IMG/VR virus record: IMGVR_UViG_3300017903_002468
Coordinates: 1-48,755 of that record
Length of the DNA stretch: 48,755 bases
DNA from: a virus
Lineage: Duplodnaviria; Caudoviricetes
Direction: 5' to 3' (one strand)
Each line of letters starts with the position of its first letter. The stretch's first letter is position 1. Of the stretch, positions 21,601 to 31,800 are shown in pieces. Under the pieces are notes generated by a model. It searched no databases and was not told the origin of the DNA. It saw only the letters and a list, made by a program, of their open reading frames with translations. Position numbers and translations under genes: made by a program.

Positions 21601-23864
21601 GAAGTAATGCAACAGGTACAGTTGCAGTATCTGGTGGACTCATTTATGATTCTACTCTTACTTTGTCTGGTAGAGGATATACAGAACCACCATCTGTTGT
21701 TATTAGAGGAACAGGTATTGGAAATACTGGTGCTGAAATTGAAACCGAAATTTCTATTACAGAACCAGCAGTTAGAATGGGAGTTGCTGAAGATGAAACT
21801 GGTGTAATTGCTTCTATTACACCAACTAAGTTTATGTTTGATTACCCAGTATTTTTGCAAAATAATACTGAGTATGCTCTAGTTGTAGAAACCGATTCTC
21901 AAGATTATAGCATTTGGGTATCTAAACTTGGTGAAACTGAGATTGCAACCAATACTACAGTTACTACAAACCCATCTTTAGGTTCTGTTTACAAGTCTCA
22001 AAATACTGAGTCTTGGGTAGAAGATCTGTTTGAGGATGTCAAGTTTACTCTGTACAGAGCAGAATTTGATACTTCTACTACCGCAACAATTGATCTTACA
22101 ACTATTTCTAAAGGTTATGAAAATATGGTAGTTGATCCTTTAGAGACATATGCTTTTGCAAATGCTAATGCTACATCTTCTCTATTCAAAAATAATAATA
22201 ATGTTATCAAGGTAACTCATAAAAACCATGGTTTTGATGATGAAAAATCGTATGTATTCTTCAAGAATTTAGCATCTACTGCTGGGTTTACTCAAGGATC
22301 TTTGAATTCCACTTTATTTAAAGTTTCTAATGCAGGTTTAGATACATTTAATATCAGTGGCATTGGTAGAGCTGCTGACTCTGTATTTGGTGGCGGTGAA
22401 ATTGGATTGATTGCCACCAATAAAAAATATGAAAGATTATTAGCACAAATTGCATATCTTCAATCCCCTTCTACAAATATCAATACTTCTGTAAAGACTA
22501 CCAATATTATTCCGATTGATTCTAATACAGAGAATTATAAGTCTTATTCTGTTTCTGATTTTGAAAGAACTTTCTTGAATGAAGAGCAATTCTTTATTAA
22601 TCAAAAAGTGATTGCTTCTGATATCAATACTTTGCTCAATAATATTGACAATAGTATTACGTATAGATTAGAACTTTCTTCTAATAAGTCTTCATTGTCT
22701 CCTGTTATTGATCTTAAGACTTCATCTATTAAAGTTTCTTCTAATAGAATTGAGAATTCTAAAGGACAAGAAGGTAGATATGGAAAGAAATATCAAAAGA
22801 TTGAATTCTATCCTGTCTACTCTTTTGTAATTAACAATGCTGTTGACCAAAATGATCAACCAATTGTAGTTAATCAAGGTCAAACAGTAGAAGGCAAAGG
22901 ATGGTCAGCAGAGGGTATTGAAGCATCTGGTGCTCGCGGAGAGGTTGTATTTTATAACTCTGGAACATCAACATTATTCGTTAAACTCAAAAATGATAAT
23001 GTGTTTAAAGCAGGAGAGGAATTATTCTTCTCTGTTCAATCACAAGAAGGAGAAAATCTTCAAGATAGAGATAGCGATGGCAACAATGTCTTTGATGTTA
23101 GAATTTCCAATTCTAATCCTCAATTGATTAAACCAGTATTCAGTTTTGATCAAGTAGTAACTGCTATCAATCCATCCAATCTAACAGAAACTTATAACAA
23201 TACTATTAATGGCACAGTTCTTTCGTGGGATGTTCCATCTCAAATATTAACTCTTGAGAATGATAAAGAACCAATTGGTGGTGATTACTCTTCTGATAAC
23301 ACAACTGGTTTATTCTTAAGAGTAAATGATATTGATGAGCAAGAAAATGATATCTTGAGAGTGGGAGATTTAGTTTCTTGGTCTAATCTTACTGCAGCAT
23401 ATGAGAGATTCTATGAGATTAAGAGTATGACATTTAGTGATGGCGTAGATTTTATTTCTGAAGATAGTGCAAAAGATACATCTGCTCTCGCTAAGTATGT
23501 GACTAAGGAAATTATTCTTAAGACACCTGCTTCTGCTATTGATGTTATCATTACCGCAAATGTAACAAACTCGGAAAATATCAAACTCTTGTATAAGACA
23601 AAGACTGCTTCTATTCAGAAGAACTTTGAAGATATTGAATGGGTATTGTTTAACGGAACTGGTTATGCTGATACACCAGAACTTGCTACTCCACAGAACA
23701 CTATCTCTGCTCAGAAGGAAGAGCAATCTGCCTACCAAGAGTTTAGATTTAGTGTTGACAACCTAGATGATTTTGTATCGTTTGGTGTCAAGGTTAGCAT
23801 GACATCTGATGATCCAGCATACGTACCTAAGATCCAAGATATTAGAGTCGTAGCATCGGCATGA
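15606..23864 (+). CDS. DUF4815 / VrlC-like giant virion structural protein (2752 aa)
   Basis: N-terminus TNLN.SPYFEDFD..KNFYKVLFRPG.AVQARELT.LQ, plus APGAHRLKI, RKTFDESGDY.V, KRYTMKDIGKL..RVERLEYYTSLS.LEQ and PLAQTF. This family follows gp8 in cyanomyoviruses. Confidence 0.85.
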   Translation: MPQNTNLNASPYFEDFDPQKNFYKVLFRPGYAVQARELTSLQSVLQTQLESFGRNIFKQGDLVVPGEVGFNTKLNYVKLSSVSEVAVSDEEGNVTYQKYDISQLVGLKIQGISSSVVASVIATEYGSDTESDTLYVNYLDSGASGDEERFRQGETLEVIGGVNSPLLVVGTDGVSLPTSIGITDPDTGIESFVDSPALGFASAVKVEEGIYFVNGYFVRNAEQLLVVEKYNDTPSAKIGFKISESLVTPEEDSSLYDNARGFSNFSAPGAHRLKIDLELVKYGYYELTDKNFIQLLLVKSGTIQKQIKANDYSLVESAIARKTFDESGDYVVEPFPLQVREYYQTGDNLGFYSADSDGLVNGLTAIEASAKLVGSVGSGKAYIKGYEVKNKETKYLTIDKARDTIKRENQTLKTSGLTSFFITNVYGTTPLNAEGADLTSYPTMYLNASFNDGSIGSNDTEAADSPKQTVNRRGQGYSVVDGVKTIYCKIDNTSSFDIDDMTEANFKGQFSRLYFIKSRTDTGNVTDYSFVDVIAFSIVKRPEIGTADYVEITVKGNRTELDIFLTDIDATILNKTRSLYKSAADVQGASSPVFDLRDYNETITPVVGIAKPKNIALKEISSGFDKDLDKIVSKGKLAGGLEKYNSIFDLSYFAPQFFTRLLLEETIVGSDFTPGKYIYGGVSNAVAVIEGGTDSVYSSVNKLFVTMIFGEFKSGETITSETGATMKIATENTISHFIVPERGDSYSAATKVILNGVTFEATKIEVITSGGGSVEQVVIRDRSSATQTYSLPPVVEFTGTTPSNQAVVTPVLFRNTVYTYSPKNIKSVFSEFGSGNANKFSADIELERTGYVITSSVTDFTFSGTKGYKFIECNGFGGDASKILVQGDVLQFSDSSGAVYKYIVQYATKPDGINRSRIYLDRVLRENVENASVVLQRPQIENPNSSLIFPTGDKQISTLIDSSEDSKIKYHFRRDFITTSSSSSGNITFAAQLPFGTQRFAPFSQENFLLTVLETGVAEHAIDESGTLQLFGGPLKKGDIIYIDPSYVTIAESDSNLTAGSVTLNFPENHFGDIDALRTALEDRAANPQTGDPSFTLPESNFPKMKLTATLEVSKAKPRLKTSVINKQIIVQSAGTTVVPFRGQDLNGDSIVITSYSDVFKLRYVYEGSVSAPPQVDAGGNLISGVDVTNRYTFDNGQRDTYYDIARLVLKPGLTAPTGQLVIAFDYFEHSQGDFCTIDSYLHEAGVTEKDIPSFNSSVNGLVSLKDVIDFRPKVDNSNIIVGYQDKTLLSQTDFLSFSGESGIPASTPADDSNLNYTIKYNKEQYLDRIDGVFLNTDGQFIVKKGNSSLNPSRPESISDAAPLYYLYIPAFTDSYRDVRIIPVENKRYTMKDIGKLNQRVERLEYYTSLSVLEQQTLNMQVTDDIGLDRFKCGFYVDNFETHKGDIKAADHKCAIDTQQSVLRPQVSEDSFLVKEVNTRNDQREVAGYVNNNGILTLPYENTRLLGNNFATKTINPNPFVVLQYVGDLSVDPNVDSWYDRSIAPLVTDNNTDLFVPFLAKDDLEVAFGSLYNSFIVTWTGTERSFYNINPLSKTNDEIANEEVVSASIASSSNVSPFNNELAKGISTRTSRGKSVAGSLQYFARSIPVKFNIRRMKPSTEVFVFLEGKNINRWVVPDIRFTGIPANSLSTFGAPIITDENGNASGIVLIPAGNPPRDGTAWTGEVETVSYDLSGEDVRISTGEKTLRFTSSASNRDKTDVETFAETKFYASGLLPDNPGTIVSTKPAYFKANEGTQLVTNNTENEQKPNPLAQTFKIENFDEGVFTTGVDLYIAKKSDSIPIRVYLTDVDSEKPGKNVIPGTEVVKEPYTYVKAYVSASVVVLKGEKISGVSTNASGPILKILDKNNNELAVSEDDEIQLNNEQVYTFVLSNNNGQSFVQDEELKINSIVVFNNANNTEITARIAKDSGSVSALKVKNTGSNYDGATITIESPSLPGGSNATGTVAVSGGLIYDSTLTLSGRGYTEPPSVVIRGTGIGNTGAEIETEISITEPAVRMGVAEDETGVIASITPTKFMFDYPVFLQNNTEYALVVETDSQDYSIWVSKLGETEIATNTTVTTNPSLGSVYKSQNTESWVEDLFEDVKFTLYRAEFDTSTTATIDLTTISKGYENMVVDPLETYAFANANATSSLFKNNNNVIKVTHKNHGFDDEKSYVFFKNLASTAGFTQGSLNSTLFKVSNAGLDTFNISGIGRAADSVFGGGEIGLIATNKKYERLLAQIAYLQSPSTNINTSVKTTNIIPIDSNTENYKSYSVSDFERTFLNEEQFFINQKVIASDINTLLNNIDNSITYRLELSSNKSSLSPVIDLKTSSIKVSSNRIENSKGQEGRYGKKYQKIEFYPVYSFVINNAVDQNDQPIVVNQGQTVEGKGWSAEGIEASGARGEVVFYNSGTSTLFVKLKNDNVFKAGEELFFSVQSQEGENLQDRDSDGNNVFDVRISNSNPQLIKPVFSFDQVVTAINPSNLTETYNNTINGTVLSWDVPSQILTLENDKEPIGGDYSSDNTTGLFLRVNDIDEQENDILRVGDLVSWSNLTAAYERFYEIKSMTFSDGVDFISEDSAKDTSALAKYVTKEIILKTPASAIDVIITANVTNSENIKLLYKTKTASIQKNFEDIEWVLFNGTGYADTPELATPQNTISAQKEEQSAYQEFRFSVDNLDDFVSFGVKVSMTSDDPAYVPKIQDIRVVASA

Positions 23865-24055
23865 TAAAAGTTGAAGGACACGAGGGTCTCTTTAGAGACC
23901 CCGAGACGGGGGCGATTGTTAGTATGCAGTCGTCCCCCAAAAAGACTGCCTCCCATACAATCAAAGGAATGCAGAGTGACATAAATACTTTGAAGGAAGA
24001 ACTATCTGATATCAAACAGCTTCTTAGAGAGATATTAAGAAATGCCAGCAATTAA
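23861..24055 (+). CDS. Small conserved hypothetical protein with C-terminal coiled coil (64 aa)
   Basis: ATGA overlap with the upstream gene. KVEGH.GL.RDP.TGAI followed by the heptad-like DINTLKEELSDIKQLLREI. Confidence 0.8.
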   Translation: MIKVEGHEGLFRDPETGAIVSMQSSPKKTASHTIKGMQSDINTLKEELSDIKQLLREILRNASN

Positions 24056-27000
24056 CGTCGCCAAAACAGATACCTTTGAGATTCAAAGGCAAAAGATCAA
24101 CGATATCGGTACGCAGATTTTTAACATCTCTGCAGGTGGTAGCGACCTGGCTACTGGAGAACTGAAACTCGGAGATGGAACTAAGATTGCTCCGTCGCTA
24201 GCATTCACAAGCGAGGCAACTCTAGGTCTATACAAACCAAATGCTCAGGAAATTGGTTTTGTTGCTGCTGGTAAGGATATTGTTAATTATAGATCAGATG
24301 GAGTTTATTCTTTTCAAGATCTCTATATTAGAAAAAGAACTCTCCTAAATGCTGGTCTTACTATTCAAGACGAGGGTCAAGACTATGATGCTGGAACTTA
24401 TTCTGGTATTAGCGTTGTCGGTGGTTCTGGTTCTAATGGTCTTCTGGATCTAGTAGTTGAAGCATTTAATGGTAGTATAACCAATGGTGGATCTAATTAT
24501 CCATCAGGAAATTATTCTGATATTCCACTGAATACTAATGGAAGTGGCACTGGTGTTGTTATAACTTTTGGAACACCAGAACCTGTAATCGGAATTGGTA
24601 ATGCAGGTAGTGGATATGATGATAATGAATATGGATCTATCGCTCCTGTATCATCTGGAAATGGCGAAGGTTTAATTGTAGACCTGACTATTTCTGGTGG
24701 TGTATTGACTGCAGTAGAAGTAGCAGAACCAGGAACAGGTCACCTTTCAACTGATACATTTACAATTGATAACACTACACTAACTTACATTGATGAAGGT
24801 ACAGGACTTGAAGTTCAAAGTGGTGGTTCTGGAATTCAACTAACTATCACAAATAATTGCAATGAAGTTGATCCTGAAACGCTAAGTTTTTCGGAAAAAG
24901 GCACTGGACATGCTCCTGGGGATCTTCTAACAACTCCTGGAAGTGTTACTAAAACTGGAGATCTTCCTGGAGTTGTTACAGGACTTACAACAACAGTTAG
25001 CACTGCTAGTACAAACATTACTGTTTCTTCCACTGCAGGTATTGTCGCTGGAATGATTGTTGCACAAACGGGTGGTGATGGTGCTATTGAAGGAAGTTCT
25101 GTTGTCGCTAGTGTTGTTAATGGAACAACTGTTCAGTTGTCAGAACTGCCAACTGTAGATGGTACAGCAACTCTTGATTTCACAAGTGATCCAATTAATA
25201 TTATCACTTTTACTGATACTAGTGATATTATTCCTGGAAGTAGCATTTCTGGTGGTGGATATAGTGGAACTGTTGGCAGTGTAGATTATGAATTGAATCA
25301 AGTTCAACTAGATCCTGATCCTGCGAGTGGTGGTGCTACGGGAGTAACATTTACACTCAATCCTCCATATGGCAGTGGATCTGGATTTGAGTATACTATC
25401 AATCAAGTAGGTGTTATTACAACCACTTCGGTTTCATCTGGCGGAGCAGGAAATGGTTATGCTGTAGGAGATGTAGTTAGTGTAAATCCACTTGCACTGA
25501 CGGCACCACTTGAATATAGCGTTACTGTATTTGATGGTCAGTTGCTAACAGTTGCTTCTGGAATTAACGTTAGTGTTGGTAGTGTTATTAACGCATACAC
25601 TCCACCAGATACTGAAGCAGGAACACCAGCAGAATATGGAGAAGATCTAGAAGTTATCGCAATCACAGCAGGAACTCCTGGTAATGCTACAGGATTTATT
25701 GCTAGTGCTGCAACACAACTTGATGCAGGTGCTCAGTTTGGTATTAATAGTTCTGGTGTATTTACAGTTGCAACATATGATCCTGCTGGAAGATATTATA
25801 TTGATGATGGAAATGGATCAACACTCCAACCTAATCTAACTCTTTACGTAGGAAATACATATTTCTTTAATCAAACTGATGGAACGTATGGTGCTCATCC
25901 ACTTACTTTCTCCCAACACCCTGACGGAACACACAATCAAGTAATAGGAGTCAACACTACCGATTTGGTTAGTGGTAGTGATACATTTACTGTAGATAAT
26001 GCTGCAGGAATTCTGGTTGGAATGATCATCGCTAAAACTGATGATGAAGGTAATGGTGCAGTTCCTTTGGGAGCAACAGTTACTAGTGTTGTTGGAACCA
26101 CGATTACAATGAGTGGGGCAGCAACGCAAGCAGGATCAGCAGAACTATCGTTTACTGGTGCAATATACACCGATGATGTAACAATTAGTTCAACTGGTCC
26201 CAGTATTACAATTACTGCTTCTACACCAAATCCTCTATACTATTTTTGTAGTGTTCACCCAAATATGGGTGGTCAGCATACTATTGATGCAAATAATCCA
26301 AAGACATTTGGTTCAGGATTTGAACTTCTAATTAGTTCTGTTGACGTAGATGACATTATTAGTGGAAACATCAATTCTGGAACCTTTGATGCTGTTAACC
26401 TAACTTCAGAAACTTCTACTATTGGTGAAGGTACATTTAGTACCAGTGTTACTACTCCATCAGCAACTGCAAATACTCTCAATGCATCTGATATTCTTGG
26501 TATTGGCAGCAATAATTTAAATATTTCAGCAACAGGAAACATTGTATTCCAAGCTCCTGAACTTAGATATGGAACAGGTATTGTATTTAATTCTACTCTA
26601 AATCAGATTGAATCTAGCGGAGAAATCAAAACCACAAACAGATTCAATGTCAATGATAGATTGTTCATTCAAGGGACTAACATTTCGTCAACATCCCTCG
26701 ATGATATTCTTCTTACTCCTGGTCTCGGTAAGGTAGCAAAAGTAGACACAACTACAGCACTTACTATTCCTGTTGGTACTACAAATGATCGTCCTGGGGT
26801 ACTTGCTGTTGAAAGTGGTCAGATTAGATTTAACACAGATACCAATCAATATGAGGGATATAGTTCTACTGCTGGTGCGTGGAACTCTCTCGGTGGTGTC
26901 CGTGACCTAGATGGAAATACTTACATTCTAGCAGAAGAGTTCATTGGTGCTAATGACAATACTTTGTATTTCGTTAATGATGCTGTCACTACGCTGAAGT

Positions 27001-28316
27001 TGGATAGAAACTTCCTTGACTTCTTCACAACCAAAAATATTAAGTCTACTAGAGTGGGAGCGCCAGCAAATAGAGATTGGAATACAAATACTCCTGTTAC
27101 TGCTGGTGAATACCTCAAGTATGGATTGAACCTATATGAAGTCATGACCAGTGGTGTTACTGGAACATCTGGTAACGAACCTACAGATACAACTGGAAAC
27201 AACTTCAATAATGGAAGTGCTGTTCTAAGATATGATTCTCTTGCTGCAGCACCAATTGACTTTGACGAAGTTGAATTGGTTAGAATTGGTGCTAGCAATC
27301 CAATTCCTCTGGAAATTAATGGAGATCTAAAACTATTCAATAACACAATTTCTACTATTGTCAATGACATGGTGCTTGCACCAAACCCAGGTCAAAAAGT
27401 AAAAGTTGATTCTAATACTTCTTTTGTAGTTCCAGTTGGAGATTCTAACTCTAGAGGAAATGCTGAACAAGGATCCATCCGCTACAATACTTCTGATTCA
27501 ACCTACGAAGGTTATGATGGAACTCAGTGGGGATCTCTTGGTGGTGTCAAGGACGTTGACCAGAATACATACATTATTCCAGAGACTGCTCCTGGCGCAA
27601 ACGAGAACATCCTATATTTCTATAATAATGGATTGAATACCTTGCGAGTTACGGAAACCGCAATGGAGTTCCAAGACATTGATACTATCACTTCTCTGGG
27701 AGCAGGTGGAGCTAAAGATCTACTTAACATCAATGCTAATGTCGTAACATTTGACAATCTTGCTACAAGTCTTCAGAACACTGATGCTAGCAGATCTTTC
27801 TTCTTTACTACAAAGCAGAACTTTGACTTCGGTCTATCTTCAGGTCTGACTACAGATACTCTGGTAAGACTAACTGATGATGGCGATGTCTTCTTCAACC
27901 TAGGTTTTGGAACTGGAGTTTATAATGGTCTCAAGATTATCAACGAAGACCTAACTGCAGTAGAACTGCTGAAGTATGCAGTACGCACAGATCAAACTGC
28001 TCTAACAAAAGATACTATTGATCAAGGTGCTACTGTTCTATATAATCCAACTGATGAGGCATCCGCTAAAGTCACATTGACTGCACACAATAAGACTTCT
28101 GGTCAAAAGGAATTCTTGGAGTTTGCGGTTATTGACAATGGAACGGATATTGTATACACAGAATACAATAATCTCAAGACGGGGCAAGAAATTGTATCAG
28201 TCCTCTTTGACTTCGATGCTAACAACAATGTTCGTCTTACTTACACATTAGACAGCGGTCTAAACACAAACAACGCAGTAGACGTGACAGTAGTCACATA
28301 CGTAACTAAGAGGTAA
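24042..28316 (+). CDS. Large virion structural / fibre-like protein (1424 aa)
   Basis: MPAINVAKTDTFEIQRQKIN start; Gly/Ser/Thr-rich beta modules; duplicated fibre motif G.IR(F/Y)NT....YEGY....W.SLGGV.D.D.NTYI; cupredoxin-like and CBM-like inserts. Confidence 0.8.
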   Translation: MPAINVAKTDTFEIQRQKINDIGTQIFNISAGGSDLATGELKLGDGTKIAPSLAFTSEATLGLYKPNAQEIGFVAAGKDIVNYRSDGVYSFQDLYIRKRTLLNAGLTIQDEGQDYDAGTYSGISVVGGSGSNGLLDLVVEAFNGSITNGGSNYPSGNYSDIPLNTNGSGTGVVITFGTPEPVIGIGNAGSGYDDNEYGSIAPVSSGNGEGLIVDLTISGGVLTAVEVAEPGTGHLSTDTFTIDNTTLTYIDEGTGLEVQSGGSGIQLTITNNCNEVDPETLSFSEKGTGHAPGDLLTTPGSVTKTGDLPGVVTGLTTTVSTASTNITVSSTAGIVAGMIVAQTGGDGAIEGSSVVASVVNGTTVQLSELPTVDGTATLDFTSDPINIITFTDTSDIIPGSSISGGGYSGTVGSVDYELNQVQLDPDPASGGATGVTFTLNPPYGSGSGFEYTINQVGVITTTSVSSGGAGNGYAVGDVVSVNPLALTAPLEYSVTVFDGQLLTVASGINVSVGSVINAYTPPDTEAGTPAEYGEDLEVIAITAGTPGNATGFIASAATQLDAGAQFGINSSGVFTVATYDPAGRYYIDDGNGSTLQPNLTLYVGNTYFFNQTDGTYGAHPLTFSQHPDGTHNQVIGVNTTDLVSGSDTFTVDNAAGILVGMIIAKTDDEGNGAVPLGATVTSVVGTTITMSGAATQAGSAELSFTGAIYTDDVTISSTGPSITITASTPNPLYYFCSVHPNMGGQHTIDANNPKTFGSGFELLISSVDVDDIISGNINSGTFDAVNLTSETSTIGEGTFSTSVTTPSATANTLNASDILGIGSNNLNISATGNIVFQAPELRYGTGIVFNSTLNQIESSGEIKTTNRFNVNDRLFIQGTNISSTSLDDILLTPGLGKVAKVDTTTALTIPVGTTNDRPGVLAVESGQIRFNTDTNQYEGYSSTAGAWNSLGGVRDLDGNTYILAEEFIGANDNTLYFVNDAVTTLKLDRNFLDFFTTKNIKSTRVGAPANRDWNTNTPVTAGEYLKYGLNLYEVMTSGVTGTSGNEPTDTTGNNFNNGSAVLRYDSLAAAPIDFDEVELVRIGASNPIPLEINGDLKLFNNTISTIVNDMVLAPNPGQKVKVDSNTSFVVPVGDSNSRGNAEQGSIRYNTSDSTYEGYDGTQWGSLGGVKDVDQNTYIIPETAPGANENILYFYNNGLNTLRVTETAMEFQDIDTITSLGAGGAKDLLNINANVVTFDNLATSLQNTDASRSFFFTTKQNFDFGLSSGLTTDTLVRLTDDGDVFFNLGFGTGVYNGLKIINEDLTAVELLKYAVRTDQTALTKDTIDQGATVLYNPTDEASAKVTLTAHNKTSGQKEFLEFAVIDNGTDIVYTEYNNLKTGQEIVSVLFDFDANNNVRLTYTLDSGLNTNNAVDVTVVTYVTKR

Positions 28317-28318
28317 AA

Positions 28319-28828
28319 ATGGCATCTAATCTTCAAAATTTAGATTCTCTAGGAGGTTTCTCTGTAAACAATACAGAGATTGTTAGTGACGCTTTTGACG
28401 TAAAAAACGTCAATACACTCGAAATCAAAAATTCTTTTTACGATGATAGTTCTACATCTCATTATATCTTAAGAGGTCTTAATACCACTATTCTTCAAGT
28501 AGACAACTCTGGTAGTCAGATTATCTTGCCATCAAATACTATCAATTTTATTGAATCTACAATCGTAGCAGTAAATGATTCTGGTGGGGGATCGTTAGTA
28601 GAAAAATTAGAAAGTGCTATTTCTGTTGATGCTGCAGGCAATTTAGCAGAGATGTCAACGATGACAACCATCATCAAAGATAGTATTCCAGCAGGTCAAA
28701 CATGGACCATTTCACCTTTTGTTGGTGGTTCTACAAACAGATTCAGCTATACCACTTCCAGAGCAGGAACAACTATTTCAATTAAGTGGATTGCATATAC
28801 TAAGGTAGTCAGTATTGAGTGGACATGA
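28319..28828 (+). CDS. Hypothetical virion structural protein (169 aa)
   Basis: GAGGT RBS just upstream; beta-rich composition; lies between two fibre genes. Confidence 0.75.
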   Translation: MASNLQNLDSLGGFSVNNTEIVSDAFDVKNVNTLEIKNSFYDDSSTSHYILRGLNTTILQVDNSGSQIILPSNTINFIESTIVAVNDSGGGSLVEKLESAISVDAAGNLAEMSTMTTIIKDSIPAGQTWTISPFVGGSTNRFSYTTSRAGTTISIKWIAYTKVVSIEWT

Positions 28829-28830
28829 TG

Positions 28831-28837
28831 CTAAATA
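28831..28837 (+). promoter_or_regulatory. Late promoter variant (CTAAATA)
   Basis: In the 47-nt gap, about 39 nt upstream of the giant fibre start. Confidence 0.7.
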
Positions 28838-28875
28838 GATAGGAGAATAAAACCTACGGCAAGGCTGAGTAAGAA

Positions 28876-31800
28876 ATGAGTTTTCAGTTAAATTCCGATA
28901 GAGAAACGATTAGAGCTATTGCTCCTACTCTAGTTGGTACACAAGAATTATCTATTAGAAATGGATCTGGTTCTGACGAGAAAGAAGTTCTCAGAACTCT
29001 ACTTGATCCGAACACGGACTTGCCCCGTGTTGGTATCAACAGAACTGGAAACAGGATTGATAGGATTGTTGTAAATCTAGGTGGTACTGGATACACCACC
29101 CAACCGACTGTAAATATTGCTCCACCTCCTGCTGGAGGAACTCAAGCACTTGGCACTGCTGTTATTAGTGAAGGTTTTGTTACTGCCGTTCTAGTTGACA
29201 ACCCTGGTCTAGGTTATACCGCTGCTCCTGCTGTAACTATTACTGGTGGCAATGGTACAGGTGCTCAAGTCGAAGCATTCCTGGATACTGTTGATTTTGA
29301 ACTTGATATTAATGGTGCTATTAGAACCTCTACGTCGATTATTTCTGACACGGCGAGAATTCTAAACCTAGATATTGATAACTTTATCACTCCAGACGCT
29401 AAGTTTAGGGCACCTGATCTCAAGACCTACATGAATGCCACTGGTATTCCCTGGTCAGCGAATATCATTGTTCAGAAAGACGCTTACAGATATAGAGGTC
29501 CAAACGTATACCAGGCACTCAATGCTGGTGAAACTGGATCTACACCTCCACTACACACGGATGGTATTGAGACAAACGGAGAAGTTCAATTCAAGCACAT
29601 TGGTTTCCGTGTTAATGATTCTGGTGGTTATAAGTATCAAGAAACTGGAGACTCTGGTGAGTTCCCACGTTCTATTACTCCTCTTCTCGGAGATAGATCT
29701 ACCAAAATTGCAACCACAGAATACGTCCTTAACCTAGCAACGAATGACGTTGGTGGACGTATCTACGTTTCTGCACAGATTGGTTCTGACTTGAATGATG
29801 GTCGTTCTGCAGTTGCTCCTGTTCGTACCATCAAAAAAGCAGCACAACTTGCATGGGCAACGCCTGGTGTCAAAGAAACAATTATCGTTTCTGGTGGTGA
29901 CTATGTAGAAGATAACCCAATTTCTCTACCACCTGATGCATCTGTTGTTGGTGATAACCTTCGTCTTGTAATCATCAGACCTGCTAACCCAAGAAAGCAC
30001 ATCTTTAAGTTCGGTGATAAGAACTATGTCATTGGTGTTACTTACAGAGACCAAATTGACTCCTCTGGTGATGCTGTCGCAACTTGGGACTTTGCGATGG
30101 TCTTTGATGACAAGCAAAGAATTAACTATGACTATACAGTCAATGGAGATTTTGGTACTCAATTCCCAATTGGTACTCAAATCTTTGGACCAGAAAAGTT
30201 CCGTGCTGACTTCCAAACAAACACTGGTCTTGCAAATCTAGTATCAAGTCTTCCTGTTAGAGGTGTTAACACTGGTGCTCAAGGTGTTCTTGAAAGGGTA
30301 GAATTTACTACTATTCTTGGACCATCTGCATATGTGAGTGGTAATGTTGACTTCTCAGTTACTAGCGGTACGTTTACTGCTGGTGAGACATTCCAGTTCG
30401 GTGGTCAAGGTACTATTGAATGGCAACCCAATACAGCATATACTGTAGGTCAACAACTTTGGGCAACAGATCATGTATACACAGTTGCTGTTGCTGGTAC
30501 TTCTGCTGCCACTTCTCCTATACACGATACAGGTACAGTTGCTTCTGGTCCTGACACACTAGAACTAACCTATCTTAGAGATGCTTACGAATTTGTTTCT
30601 ACTGACATTAAGTCAATTAGAGCAGAAGGTGAAGTTGTTTTTGAAAATACAAATATTACTGATGCTCTACCTATTGTTAGAGTTGACTTCTCCCTTCAAG
30701 GAGATCCCAGTATTGCAACTGGTGGTTTCCAGGATCCAGGATCTGCAGAAGATCTTGGTGGTATTGTCTTCTATACAAACTCACTGGTTGGCAGACAGAA
30801 TACACACGACTTCAAAGAAGGTCAAGAGATTGTTATTGAGGGAATGCCCACAAGTTCTCCAGACTTGTCGTTCCTGAATGGTAAGCAAAGAATTTATAAA
30901 GTTCTAGAAGATGCTGATGGTCGTGCTAGAAGATTTGTTATTCCCAAGAAGACCACAATCACTACTACAAATAACTTTGATCCTGGTCAGTTCTGTTCTG
31001 TTAGATCTTATGAGAAGTCGATTACTATCTCCCTTCTCAACTCTCCAAACAGATTCCCAATGGCAACACCGATTGCCAGAAGGTATCAAGACGCTTGCCT
31101 ACAGATTAGAAACAACGTAGAGTTCATCGCAGATGAAGTTGTAGGTAAGATCAATGATCAATTTAAGAAAGAATACTATTCAGTATATGGCATTGGCGGT
31201 ACTCCTGACGCTCAATTCACACCAACAAACGTAACTTACGATCCTGCTACTGGTGATGCTGTATTTACAGTTAACAATCACGGATTGTCTATTGGTGATG
31301 GTGTATCAATTGCTGATCAGTCCATCACATTTACATGTACGATGGATGGTAATAAGACTGAGCACGCATTACCTGATACAGATCAGTATGCTAGCGGCAA
31401 GTCTCTGCCAATTACAGCAGTCACAACTAATACGTTTACTTTAAACGTAGGTGCATCTGGTCCAAACCAACTATTCACACCATCTGCTGCAACTTATAAT
31501 CCAGCAACAGGTGCTCTTAATCTAACAATTGGTGCTCATACACTATCTGTTGGTGAGGGTATCGTTATTGACGATAACTCCCTGTCGTTCACTTGCGACA
31601 TGGATAACAACCAGTCTACTAAGACTTATCCACGTCCAGGAATCGATCCTTTCGCTGGTAGGTCTATGCCTATCACCGAGATTTCGGAAACTAGCATCAC
31701 AGTTAACGCTGGAGTATCAAGACCAAACCAATACTTTACTCCATCCGCTGCTACTTACGATGCTTCTAATGGAGATCTGACAGTTACTGTAGGACAGCAT

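Noticed and set aside
15606-23864. Virulence function implied by the VrlC name
   Set aside because: The name is historical; its position after gp8 under late promoters points to a virion structural role.
28838-28860. Small hairpin TAGG...CCTA upstream of the giant fibre
   Set aside because: Only about 4 bp of stem and no T-tract; too weak to call.
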